A stretch of DNA of 64,000 nucleotides from an uncultured Gammaproteobacteria bacterium (GTDB taxonomy: Bacteria; Pseudomonadota; Gammaproteobacteria; Steroidobacterales; JABDMI01). Of this stretch, positions 36,459 to 45,703 are shown piece after piece (within the stretch, counting starts at the first letter, position 1; every line of letters begins with the position of its first letter). The translations under genes were made by a program, and so were the position numbers. The stretch is from positions 632-64,631 of the forward strand of contig CAJQOG010000066.1 of NCBI GenBank assembly GCA_905479875.1. The letters run 5' to 3'. Below the pieces are notes generated by a model. The model saw nothing but the letters and a program-made list of their open reading frames with translations, had not been told where the DNA came from and made no database searches.

Positions 36459-37907
36459 TTGAGTGACTTTATAAAGACTTTGGATGGTGAGCTAGATTTG
36501 CTTGCCATCCAGGCGCAAAATAAATCACGCTATCCCTATTTGCTTGATAGCGCTGCACATGGCGATTGTTTTACCTTAGATAGAAACTACACTTCACCTA
36601 CTCGCTTTTATAAAAAATCGACCAAACTCGGGCGCTACAGTATTTTATTTGCCTTTCCCCAAGGCAATCTTCAGTTAAATTCAAACTGGCAATTACAATC
36701 TGATTTTATGTCAGTGGAAGAGAGTGCCGATTTTCTTGATGTTTTAGATTCGCACTGGCTTAATGAAAAAGAGACAATTAAATTTAAACAAGAGCTACCT
36801 TTTAGGGGTGGTTGGTTCATGTTTTTAGCTTATGAATTGGCAAACCAAATTGAACCCACTTTAGGTTTACCTAATGCTCATCTGGTTTCAGGTTCGGGCT
36901 TACCCATAGCATTTGCTACTCGAATTCCTGCGGCAATCATTGTTGATCACCAAGAGCAAAAAAGTTTTATTTTTTCTGAAACGCACTTTGAAGAAGAATT
37001 TATAGAGTTAAAAGCTGATGTTGAAAGACTTTCTACGCAAGTCCCTATAGAGGCTGTAAATACAATATTATCTGTGCTCGAAGAAGATCCTCAAAATTAT
37101 ATAGAGGCAATTCGTCGCACGCATGAATATATTTATGCCGGTGATATTTTTCAAGCAAATTTATCCCGTGAATGGCAAGCAGAAGTGCAAGAGCCAGTGA
37201 GTTCCACGGAATTGTATAAAAGCTTACGTGCAGCAAATCCTGGACCGTTTGCGGGTTGCGTGTATTTTGATGGGCATGCGATTATGAGCTCATCACCAGA
37301 AAGACTTTTGGAGCGCAAGCAAGCTAGGGTAAGTACACGCCCAATCGCTGGAACACGAGCCAGAGGCAAAGATGTTGATGATGATAAATTACTACGTGAA
37401 GAACTTATTAAGCATCCCAAGGAACGTGCAGAGCATATTATGCTTATTGATTTAGGTAGAAATGATTTAGGGCGTATCTGTAAAGCCGGCTCAGTTGAAG
37501 TCAATGAGTTGATGGTGATCGAGAGTTACGAGCATGTCCATCATATAGTCTCAAATATTCGTGGTATTTTAAAAGAAAACGTGACTCCTGGACAAGCTAT
37601 TAAAGCGGTATTTCCTGGAGGAACCATCACTGGTTGCCCTAAGGTGCGTTGTATGCAAATTATTTCTGCGCTTGAAGAAAAACCACGAGAGGCTTATACA
37701 GGTTCAATGGGCTATTTGAATCATGATGGTGATATGGATCTGAATATATTGATTCGTACTATGCATTTGCAAGGTAGCCACCTTAGTTTTAGAGCCGGTG
37801 GAGGCATTGTGTATGATTCTAATCCAGAAAAAGAAGTGCATGAAACAAGAGCAAAGGCTAGAGGATTATTAAAGTCTTTGGAAAGCTCGGCGGAGAATAA
37901 TCTTTGA
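36459..37907 (+). CDS. pabB: aminodeoxychorismate synthase component I
   Basis: 482 aa (TTG start). Chorismate-binding core GDIFQANLS, SSSPERL, PGGTITGCPKVRCMQII, YTGSMGY. Overlaps pabC by 4 nt. Confidence 0.8.
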   Translation: MSDFIKTLDGELDLLAIQAQNKSRYPYLLDSAAHGDCFTLDRNYTSPTRFYKKSTKLGRYSILFAFPQGNLQLNSNWQLQSDFMSVEESADFLDVLDSHWLNEKETIKFKQELPFRGGWFMFLAYELANQIEPTLGLPNAHLVSGSGLPIAFATRIPAAIIVDHQEQKSFIFSETHFEEEFIELKADVERLSTQVPIEAVNTILSVLEEDPQNYIEAIRRTHEYIYAGDIFQANLSREWQAEVQEPVSSTELYKSLRAANPGPFAGCVYFDGHAIMSSSPERLLERKQARVSTRPIAGTRARGKDVDDDKLLREELIKHPKERAEHIMLIDLGRNDLGRICKAGSVEVNELMVIESYEHVHHIVSNIRGILKENVTPGQAIKAVFPGGTITGCPKVRCMQIISALEEKPREAYTGSMGYLNHDGDMDLNILIRTMHLQGSHLSFRAGGGIVYDSNPEKEVHETRAKARGLLKSLESSAENNL

Positions 37908-38791
37908 GTGCTTATCTAAATCAAGAAATAATTAGTGATTCAAAGTTTGACAGCCTCACTCGTTCGTTTGTAAAAAATAAACTGAACTATGGTGTATTTG
38001 AAACTATGCGAATAGATAATTCACATGGAGTGCATCTTAAAGAACGTCATCTAGCTCGTTTAATTAGAGGCGTTAAATCCATCCAATTAGAGTCAAAGCA
38101 GTTTCATAATCTTGACTTAGGTTTACTTGCTGATTACTTTAAAGCGGATAGCGCTTTTTTTAAAGCAAGGCTTAATGATGATGAACTACAATCTGCGGTG
38201 CTGCGTTATCAAATTGTTCTTGATGAAAATAATCCCAATAAAATTATTCGTATGCTTAAGGCTCGTTCAGTAAAGTCACTTGGTTCGAGCAAGCTTAAAA
38301 TAAAAATCTGCCAAACAGTTTTGCCAACAGATTTACTCAAACAGGGGCGCAAAGATATTGATCGCCGCACGTATGACAAAGCCACTAAGGAATTAGATAA
38401 GAATTTTTACGATGGCATACTCTGCGATAAGCAAGGTCATGTAATTGAAGGCATTAAAACCAATATATTTTCAATTAAAGATAATAACCTCTTTACCCCG
38501 TCGTTAAGCCAAGGTGGTGTCGCAGGCATTAGACGCCAAATATTTATTCAGAGAGCGCAAGAAGCTGGAATAAATGTCATTATTGGTCCATTGCATTATT
38601 CTAATTTAATGCGCATGGATGCTGTGTTTTTAACAAATTCTGTTATTGGTGTAGTAAAGGTTGATTATATTTTACGGCCAGATCGGAAACGATCAGTGAA
38701 TGTTTTTAAGCCAGAGTCTGATGGGTTTCAAAATATAGTGGCCTTGAATATCCTTAAAAATAATCATCTTTATAAAAGAATAAAAAGCTAA
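37904..38791 (+). CDS. pabC: aminodeoxychorismate lyase-like (class IV PLP fold), divergent
   Basis: 295 aa. GVFETMR, GRKDIDRR (Lys region) and EGIKTNIFSIKDNNLFTPSLSQGGVAGIRR fit the class IV aminotransferase/PabC pattern. Position between pabB/fabF and mltG is as in other gammaproteobacteria. Confidence 0.65.
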   Translation: MSAYLNQEIISDSKFDSLTRSFVKNKLNYGVFETMRIDNSHGVHLKERHLARLIRGVKSIQLESKQFHNLDLGLLADYFKADSAFFKARLNDDELQSAVLRYQIVLDENNPNKIIRMLKARSVKSLGSSKLKIKICQTVLPTDLLKQGRKDIDRRTYDKATKELDKNFYDGILCDKQGHVIEGIKTNIFSIKDNNLFTPSLSQGGVAGIRRQIFIQRAQEAGINVIIGPLHYSNLMRMDAVFLTNSVIGVVKVDYILRPDRKRSVNVFKPESDGFQNIVALNILKNNHLYKRIKS

Positions 38792-38799
38792 AATACATT

Positions 38800-39813
38800 A
38801 TGCGAAAAATTCTACTAAGCTTAATTATCATTGCTCTTATCTCAATTGCAGTCTGTTATCAGTGGTATCAAAGTCAATTAGTTACGCCTTTAAATATTAA
38901 AGAGAACTATATTTTTGAAATAAAAAAAGGACAAACGCTTAATTCAATAGCAAAAAAACTCATAGAGGATGAGGTTTTAAGCGATGATTTAGTGCTTAAG
39001 ATTTATGCTAAAAGTAAAAATAATGCACACTTACTCAAAGCGGGCAAATATAACTTAAGTACAGAGCTAACAATTCCCACATTGTTACAGGAGTTAATTG
39101 ATGGAAAAGTTGCCTTGGAACAAATAACGATTCCTGAAGGTTTAAATTTTAAAGAAATGTTAGCCTTGATTCACTCTAATGAGAGCATACAAGCTACTTT
39201 AAAAGGTAAATCGGTAAATGAGTTAATGGATGAGCTTGGATTAGGTGATTTACATCCTGAAGGACGTTTTTTACCCGAGACTTATAGTTTTGCAGCTGGC
39301 ACCAGCGATATCACAATTTTAAAGCAGGCGAATTCAGCTTTAGAAAATGCCCTAGAATCGGCTTGGGAGCAACGAAGTCCAGATGGTCAATTGAAATCTC
39401 CTTATGAAGCCCTTATTCTGGCCTCTATTATTGAGAAAGAGACAGGAGTCTTTGACGAGCAGGCAACAATATCTGGCGTTTTCCATAGTCGAATTTCAAA
39501 AGGTATGCGTTTGCAAACCGATCCTACCGTTATTTATGGAATGGGTGATAGTTATACAGGTGATATACGTCGCTCTGATTTAAGCACCGATACTCCGTAC
39601 AATACCTATACGCGTAATGGTCTGCCGCCGACGCCTATCGCCTTACCTGGTGTGAATGCAATTAAAGCAGCGGTTAATCCCGAAAAACATAACAAGTTGT
39701 ATTTTGTAGCTACTGGCGATAATGATGGGCGTCATATTTTTTCGGAGACCTTAGAAGGGCACAATAAAGCGGTACAACAGTATTTGAGAAAATACCGTCG
39801 ACAACATCAATAA
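38800..39813 (+). CDS. mltG: endolytic murein transglycosylase MltG (YceG family)
   Basis: 337 aa with N-terminal TM, PEGRFLPETY, ASIIEKE, LQTDPTVIYG. Confidence 0.9.
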   Translation: MRKILLSLIIIALISIAVCYQWYQSQLVTPLNIKENYIFEIKKGQTLNSIAKKLIEDEVLSDDLVLKIYAKSKNNAHLLKAGKYNLSTELTIPTLLQELIDGKVALEQITIPEGLNFKEMLALIHSNESIQATLKGKSVNELMDELGLGDLHPEGRFLPETYSFAAGTSDITILKQANSALENALESAWEQRSPDGQLKSPYEALILASIIEKETGVFDEQATISGVFHSRISKGMRLQTDPTVIYGMGDSYTGDIRRSDLSTDTPYNTYTRNGLPPTPIALPGVNAIKAAVNPEKHNKLYFVATGDNDGRHIFSETLEGHNKAVQQYLRKYRRQHQ

Positions 39814-39820
39814 TAAAAAT

Positions 39821-40468
39821 ATGAATAACTTAACAATAAAATCTAAGTACCCCGGTAAATTCATTACTTTTGAAGGCGTTGAGGGTGTAGGTAAAACGAC
39901 TCAATGTGCTCGCTTACGTAAATATCTTGAAGATCAGGGAAAAGAGGTTGTGCTTACACGTGAACCAGGCGGTACACCATTGGCAGAGTCTATCCGTGAA
40001 GTTGTGCTAGATAGGGAAGATGAGGCTATTAGTGCCGAAGCGGAGCTTCTATTGATGTTTGCTGCAAGAGCGGTACATTTGAGTAATAAGATTATTCCAG
40101 CCTTAGAACGTGGCGCATGGGTTATTTGTGACCGATTTACGGATGCTACAGTCGCCTATCAAGGTTTTGGAAGAGGCCAATCCCTGGAGTTTATTCAGAC
40201 CTTGGCCGAAAATGTTCAACACTCATTCTGGCCAGACCTTACTTTATTACTTGATGCACCTATTGAATTGGGCTTAAAGCGAGTGGCGCAACGTGGTGAG
40301 AGTAATCGTTTTGAAACTGAGAATATAGAGTTTTTCAATAAGGTTCGTACTGGTTACCTTCACTTACTTGAACAATATCCTGAACGTATAAAATCAGTTG
40401 ATGCGGTACAAACTATCGATGAAGTGACATCGGATATTCTTGAAATTATAAATAATATTTTAGATTAA
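39821..40468 (+). CDS. tmk: dTMP kinase
   Basis: GKFITFEGVEGVGKTTQ P-loop, TREPGGT, DRFTDATVAYQG. Confidence 0.95.
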   Translation: MNNLTIKSKYPGKFITFEGVEGVGKTTQCARLRKYLEDQGKEVVLTREPGGTPLAESIREVVLDREDEAISAEAELLLMFAARAVHLSNKIIPALERGAWVICDRFTDATVAYQGFGRGQSLEFIQTLAENVQHSFWPDLTLLLDAPIELGLKRVAQRGESNRFETENIEFFNKVRTGYLHLLEQYPERIKSVDAVQTIDEVTSDILEIINNILD

Positions 40469-40495
40469 AAATATAGAATAAATAATTGATAATTA

Positions 40496-41503
40496 ATGAT
40501 AAATACTTCAAAAACTATTAACTGGCATACTTCGCAATGGCAGCAAATTGCTCAATTTCTTGAGCAAGACAGATTCCCACATGCCTTATTATTTGAGGGA
40601 ATAAAAGGCATTGGTAAACGTCATTTTGCTTTTCAGTTAGCTCAAATGTTGTTATGCCAAGGGGAGCCTACGGATTCAGGCATTTGTCAGACTTGTTCTA
40701 GTTGTGAATGGTTTCTCTCTGGTAGCCATCCGGATTTTGTCATGCTTGAACCCGCTGAGGGGAAAAAGCTTATCTCGGTTGATGCAATTCGTCAGAACTC
40801 ACAGAAAGTTTTTAAAACCTCTCATCAAAACGGTTATAAAATATTAATTATTGAGCCTGCAGATGCAATGACTGTTGAAGCGGCGAATAGTCTATTGAAG
40901 ACCTTAGAAGAGCCACCTGAACAGACTTTGTTAATTCTGTTAACCGATAAACCTGCCCGTTTATTGCCAACAATCCGTAGTAGAGCCTCACGCCTAAAAT
41001 TTACACTCCCTATGGCAGAACAAGCATTGACCTGGCTACAAGGTCAGGGGCATGATGCTTCAACGGCCAAGCGAATGCTAGCATTAAGTTTAGGTGCTCC
41101 ACTGCGCTTGCAAGGTGATGCTGAAGAGATTAGCCAGATTTTACTGGAAAGTCAGCAATGGTGGAAAGACTGGAGGGCGATGTTAAGTCGTCAAATGAAT
41201 CCGGTAGTCGTGGCAAAACAATGTGCAAAAGCAGAGCCAGGATTGTTTCTTAATTGGTTAGAAACGCTGTTTAGAGCATTAATAGAAACATCCGCACAAG
41301 CCGAAAGTAATGAAAAATTACCATCTGCAGCAAATTACGAAGTGCTCTTTCCTGGATTAAATCAAGTAATTCAGCAATTTAGTCTTCCTAGTTTGTTTAG
41401 AATGCGTGATAATGTTGTAGAATTATCGCAACGTCAACAATCATCCCTTAATTGGGGGTTGCAGCTCGAAGCTCTAGCCTGTGATTGTTATTCAAGTACA
41501 TAA
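40496..41503 (+). CDS. holB: DNA polymerase III delta' subunit
   Basis: 335 aa. HALLFEGIKGIGK, zinc module CQTCSSCEW, HPDF, NSLLKTLEEPP, TIRSR. Confidence 0.9.
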   Translation: MINTSKTINWHTSQWQQIAQFLEQDRFPHALLFEGIKGIGKRHFAFQLAQMLLCQGEPTDSGICQTCSSCEWFLSGSHPDFVMLEPAEGKKLISVDAIRQNSQKVFKTSHQNGYKILIIEPADAMTVEAANSLLKTLEEPPEQTLLILLTDKPARLLPTIRSRASRLKFTLPMAEQALTWLQGQGHDASTAKRMLALSLGAPLRLQGDAEEISQILLESQQWWKDWRAMLSRQMNPVVVAKQCAKAEPGLFLNWLETLFRALIETSAQAESNEKLPSAANYEVLFPGLNQVIQQFSLPSLFRMRDNVVELSQRQQSSLNWGLQLEALACDCYSST

Positions 41504-41532
41504 GAAAAATATAGTAGAGCGTAGGAATAAAA

Positions 41533-41871
41533 ATGTCTAAACCCGGAATTCTAACTTTAACCATTAAAGATAAAACGGCACTATATCAAGCTTATATGCC
41601 ATTTGTGCTAAATGGTGGACTGTTTATTCCTACTCGTAAAGAGTATAGGTTAGGCGACGAGGTCTTTATGCTTTTGCAGTTGATGGATAATAAAGAAAAA
41701 ATACCATTAGCGGGAAATGTTATTTGGGTTACACCTGATGGTGCTGCTGGGAAACGTAAAGCGGGAATTGGCGTGCAGTTTAGCTCACAAGATAATGGTG
41801 AAACACAAAAGAAAATTGAAACATTTTTAGCGGGTGCGCTACAGGCAGAACAACCTACGCATACTATGTAA
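41533..41871 (+). CDS. pilZ: PilZ domain protein (type IV pilus biogenesis PilZ-like)
   Basis: 112 aa. LTIKDKTALYQAYMPFVLNGGLFIPT...GNVIWVTPDGAAGKRKAGIGVQF. Conserved position after holB. Confidence 0.85.
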   Translation: MSKPGILTLTIKDKTALYQAYMPFVLNGGLFIPTRKEYRLGDEVFMLLQLMDNKEKIPLAGNVIWVTPDGAAGKRKAGIGVQFSSQDNGETQKKIETFLAGALQAEQPTHTM

Positions 41872-41904
41872 TTTGCATTAAAAAATAAACTTTACAAACT
41901 AAAA

Positions 41905-41935
41905 AGGCTGTACTTTAAAAGTACAGCCTTTTTTA
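41905..41935. terminator. bidirectional rho-independent terminator between pilZ and the convergent cNMP-rhodanese gene
   Basis: AAAAAGGCTGTAC-tttaaaa-GTACAGCCTTTTTT: 9-bp stem flanked by an A-run and a T-run. Confidence 0.8.
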
Positions 41936-41968
41936 ATTTATTTGTCAGTTACTTAGATTGACAGTAAG

Positions 41969-43015
41969 TTATTTGATTCCAGACATGTTTAAACCGTCTT
42001 TAAGTACACTGCAATTAAAACCACGTTCAGTAAGAATGTATGCTGCTGCTGAACTACGTCGTCCAGTATCGCAACACGCAATATATTTTGTTTCTGTGTT
42101 TAGTGTTTTAAGTTTTAGTCGAATAAAATACAAAGGGATGTTTATTGAATTATCTAAATGCGAGTTACCATACTCACTTGGTAAACGTACATCTAGCCAC
42201 TGAGCTCCGTTTTGTACTTGTTCCTTAGCTTTTTCTATGTCTAAAAGATTCAACATAGGCTCTTTTAGTAAAATTTGGAATTGTTCTTTACTTAGGCGCA
42301 TTAAGGAACCATCAGTAAGCATTTTTACGGTTGCATTACGTTTTGCTTCTGAGATTAAGGCTTCCTCACCAAAGGTATCGCCAATACGTAATTCTGCTAA
42401 CTTAATACCATCTTCATTTAGGGGGGTTTCGCGGGTTACTGCACATCGACCGCTAACAATTACATAAAAGTAATCACCTTCATCGCCTTGTTTAATGATT
42501 ATGTCGCCAGCTTTTTTATTGACTTGCTCCATTCGCATAAACATGGCTTGGATATTTGCAGCAGGAATATTATAAAGAGCCTTAGTTTGCAATAACTTAG
42601 TCATCCAGTCATCGCTTTCATTACGAGCATCAGTTTGTAAATCGCCCACTTCATATGAACCAGTTTGGTCCCAAGTTAACAGCACGTCTAATAAATCACT
42701 ATCAACAGTTAAATACTCGACATGATTTAGAGCACGAGCAGAAATTTTACGAGGTAGTACAGGTGCTAGTGCATGTAGCGATTCTGTAGTGTTAGAACTG
42801 ATAGTTTTGATTATTTTATCTTTAGAGCGTAATTCAATATCACCTTTAACTAAATATATTGCGCGTTTATCTGTATCCCCTTCTTTAAACAGTGACCTAC
42901 CTGCTTGCAAAGAATGCAAGCGAGACTTTTTAACCAAAGCTACTAGGTTTTCTGGTTTGAGACTATCTAGAGGGGAGAATTGTCTTAGGAGATCCAAATC
43001 GACTTGTTTTGACAT
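41969..43015 (-). CDS. protein with two cyclic-nucleotide-binding domains and a C-terminal rhodanese domain
   Basis: 348 aa. cNMP domain 2 keeps the phosphate-binding cassette GDTFGEEALISEAKRNATV; domain 1 is degenerate. Rhodanese active-site loop is CCDTGRRSSAAA. No HTH. Confidence 0.8.
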   Translation of the reverse strand: MSKQVDLDLLRQFSPLDSLKPENLVALVKKSRLHSLQAGRSLFKEGDTDKRAIYLVKGDIELRSKDKIIKTISSNTTESLHALAPVLPRKISARALNHVEYLTVDSDLLDVLLTWDQTGSYEVGDLQTDARNESDDWMTKLLQTKALYNIPAANIQAMFMRMEQVNKKAGDIIIKQGDEGDYFYVIVSGRCAVTRETPLNEDGIKLAELRIGDTFGEEALISEAKRNATVKMLTDGSLMRLSKEQFQILLKEPMLNLLDIEKAKEQVQNGAQWLDVRLPSEYGNSHLDNSINIPLYFIRLKLKTLNTETKYIACCDTGRRSSAAAYILTERGFNCSVLKDGLNMSGIK

Positions 43016-43170
43016 ATTAACTTACGCTTACCAATGTTATTTTTATATTGTTGAAATGTCGGTATTTATTCGTATATCGTAGCATATTTTTGCAATTTAT
43101 AAGCTCACAATTCTTTAAGTTTAGTCACGAGATTGGGTATAGAGTTCAATTGTTTCTAGTATGTATAAAA

Positions 43171-43578
43171 TTAGTCTTGTTTTATAGTTTTTGGGTTTCC
43201 TGCGGAGTCAATGTGAACGTATGTGATTGAGGCATTAGCTACGCGTAAATTAGCATAAGGTCCTTCTGAGTCAGGTCTTTCGGCCAAAATATCTATATTG
43301 ACTGTAATTGAACTAGATCCGACTCGTTCAATTTCGGCATAAAAACTCACAATATCACCAATAAATACTGGCTCAAGAAATAAGAAGTTATTTACTGCAA
43401 CGGTCACAACTTTGCCTTCAGCTCTTCGATAAGCCAGCACTGCACCTGCGATATCGGCGTGAGACATCAGCCAGCCGCCAAATATATCGCCTAACCAGTT
43501 AGTATCAGCAGGCATAGCCATCATACGCACTGTTGGTATACCGCGAGGAATAGGCTTTTCTTTTGCTAGTTTATTCAT
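43171..43578 (-). CDS. acyl-CoA thioesterase, YciA-like hot-dog fold
   Basis: 135 aa. VRMMAMPADTNWLGDIFGGWLMSHADIAG is the YciA-type motif. Confidence 0.85.
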   Translation of the reverse strand: MNKLAKEKPIPRGIPTVRMMAMPADTNWLGDIFGGWLMSHADIAGAVLAYRRAEGKVVTVAVNNFLFLEPVFIGDIVSFYAEIERVGSSSITVNIDILAERPDSEGPYANLRVANASITYVHIDSAGNPKTIKQD

Positions 43579-43590
43579 CTCAGTAGTATC

Positions 43591-45648
43591 TTATTCTGAT
43601 TCAGTATTGTTTGAATTTTCACCAGTAGTGATAAATGCATCCCATCCGGCATCAGGCTTGAAGCGTGCACCATACTTATTTTCAAACTCTTTCAGTTTGG
43701 CCACGATGTTATTCGCACCAGTTGAGCGAATATAGTGAATTGGTCCTCCACGGAATGGCGCAAAACCAGTACCAAAAATCATGCCTGCATCAAGAGATTC
43801 AGGATCAGTGACAACACCATCACGTAATACCGCCACAGCTTCGTTTAAATATTGATAAACCATGCGTTCTGCTAAATCTGCTGGAGCAGTATAGTTTTCG
43901 GCCTTAGGTTTATGCGGTTTACCTTTCTTATCGTAAGTGTAAAAACCTTGACCTGTTTTTTTGCCTAAGTGTTTTTTCTCTAACATTTCTTCTAGGCCAT
44001 CTGGCATTTCAATGCCATAAGCGTCAGCTAGAATTTTACCTACGTGTCCTGCTACATCTAAACCAACCGTGTCGGCTAATTCGATAGGGCCCATAGGCAT
44101 ACCAAAATCAGTAGCAGCCTTATCAATTTCGATTAAAGGCACGCCTTCATTGGCGATAAAAAAGGCTTCGTTCATATAAGGGGTTAAGACTCGATTAACT
44201 ACAAACCCTGGCGAGCTCTTGCAAGCTAAAGGCAGGCGATCTATTTTTCTCGTAAATGCCATGCCTTTTTCTAAATCTAGTTTATTAGTAGTGTCTGTAC
44301 CAATCACTTCTACTAATGGCATCAAAGCGACAGGATTAAAGAAATGTAAGCCAATTAAACGATTTGGATCGCTGAGTTCATGCGAAATATCTTCGAGCTT
44401 AATGCTTGAGGTATTGGTGGCGAGAACTGCGCCAGCTTTCATCTTTGGTTCAAGACTTGCATATAAGGCACGTTTAGCTTCAGGGTTTTCATAAATTGCT
44501 TCAATCACAACATCGGCCTGACCAACGCAGTCACCATTAACATCCGGAATAATTCTATCCATCACATAGCTAGCTTTCTGAGCGCTGCGTGTCTTTTTCA
44601 CAAATAGTTTTTGAGCACGTTCTAAGGCAGGGGCAATGTATTTGTACTCGCGGTCTTGCAGGCTAACGGTCATGCCGCGATAAGCGCACCAAGCAGCAAT
44701 GTCACCGCCCATTACACCAGCGCCAATGACGTGTACATGTTCAAATTTGTGTTTAGATTTACCACCAGCCTTGAGTTTATTCTGCAAGCCGAAGACACGT
44801 ACTAGGCTACGTGAAGTGTCAGTTACCATTAACTCAGAAATAGCTCTAGCTTCTTCCTTGTACATGGTTTGTGGGTCGCCACCAAACTCTTCCCAAAGAT
44901 CAATCATTCGATAAGGGGCAGGGTAATGCGACTTTTTAGCCTTTTTAGCAACTTGCTTACGTAATACCTTAGCCAATACTTTACGTGAAGGTAAAGAATC
45001 CATTGCCTTGAATTTCAATGAACGAGCTTTTTTAATAGGTGGTTTAAGTGCAATCATTTCAGCCGCTTTATCTAAATGACGAGCTGGAACAATTTGGGTA
45101 ACTAGTCCCATTCGCTTAGCGGCTTTAGGGCGAATATTGCGTCCTGTAAGCATCATGTCCATGGCAGCGGTTACCCCAATCAGCTGAGTTGCACGTACTG
45201 TGCCGCCAAAGCCTGGACATAAACCTAATTTAACTTCTGGAAAACCTAATACAGCCTTGCTGCTATCGGTCATCACCCTATAGTCACAAGCCAGAGCGAG
45301 TTCTAAGCCTCCACCTAAAGCAAAGCCGTTGATTTGAGCTACTGTAGGAAAAGGCAGATTCTCAATTTGATCCATAATGCCTTGACCATTTCTAACCATT
45401 TCATAGGCTTGTTCAGGCGTGTCAAAAGTCTCAAACATTGAGATATCTGCACCAGCAATAAAGCCGCTTTTCTTAGCGGATTTAATGATGAGGGCCAGTG
45501 GCTTTTGAGCTTCTAGTTCATTCAGTCTATTGTGCAATTCTTGCATAACTTCGCTAGATAAAACGTTAGTGCCAGTGTCAGCTTGGTCAAGTGTGAGCCA
45601 AGCGACATTGTTGTTATCTGTGTCTAGCTTCCAGTGTTTATTACTCAT
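43591..45648 (-). CDS. bifunctional enoyl-CoA hydratase / 3-hydroxyacyl-CoA dehydrogenase (FadJ/FadB-type beta-oxidation alpha subunit)
   Basis: N-terminal crotonase (FIAGADISMF, GGGLELALACDYR), central NAD-binding VIGAGVMGG, NTSS, HFFNPV. Start taken at ATG 45648 (SD AAGG). The listed GTG 45711 is an alternative that would overlap the thiolase stop. Confidence 0.88.
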   Translation of the reverse strand: MSNKHWKLDTDNNNVAWLTLDQADTGTNVLSSEVMQELHNRLNELEAQKPLALIIKSAKKSGFIAGADISMFETFDTPEQAYEMVRNGQGIMDQIENLPFPTVAQINGFALGGGLELALACDYRVMTDSSKAVLGFPEVKLGLCPGFGGTVRATQLIGVTAAMDMMLTGRNIRPKAAKRMGLVTQIVPARHLDKAAEMIALKPPIKKARSLKFKAMDSLPSRKVLAKVLRKQVAKKAKKSHYPAPYRMIDLWEEFGGDPQTMYKEEARAISELMVTDTSRSLVRVFGLQNKLKAGGKSKHKFEHVHVIGAGVMGGDIAAWCAYRGMTVSLQDREYKYIAPALERAQKLFVKKTRSAQKASYVMDRIIPDVNGDCVGQADVVIEAIYENPEAKRALYASLEPKMKAGAVLATNTSSIKLEDISHELSDPNRLIGLHFFNPVALMPLVEVIGTDTTNKLDLEKGMAFTRKIDRLPLACKSSPGFVVNRVLTPYMNEAFFIANEGVPLIEIDKAATDFGMPMGPIELADTVGLDVAGHVGKILADAYGIEMPDGLEEMLEKKHLGKKTGQGFYTYDKKGKPHKPKAENYTAPADLAERMVYQYLNEAVAVLRDGVVTDPESLDAGMIFGTGFAPFRGGPIHYIRSTGANNIVAKLKEFENKYGARFKPDAGWDAFITTGENSNNTESE

Positions 45649-45703
45649 GGAATTTACCTTAATAATCTTATGTAATTTATTGAATTGGTTCTTTTTTATG
45701 TAA

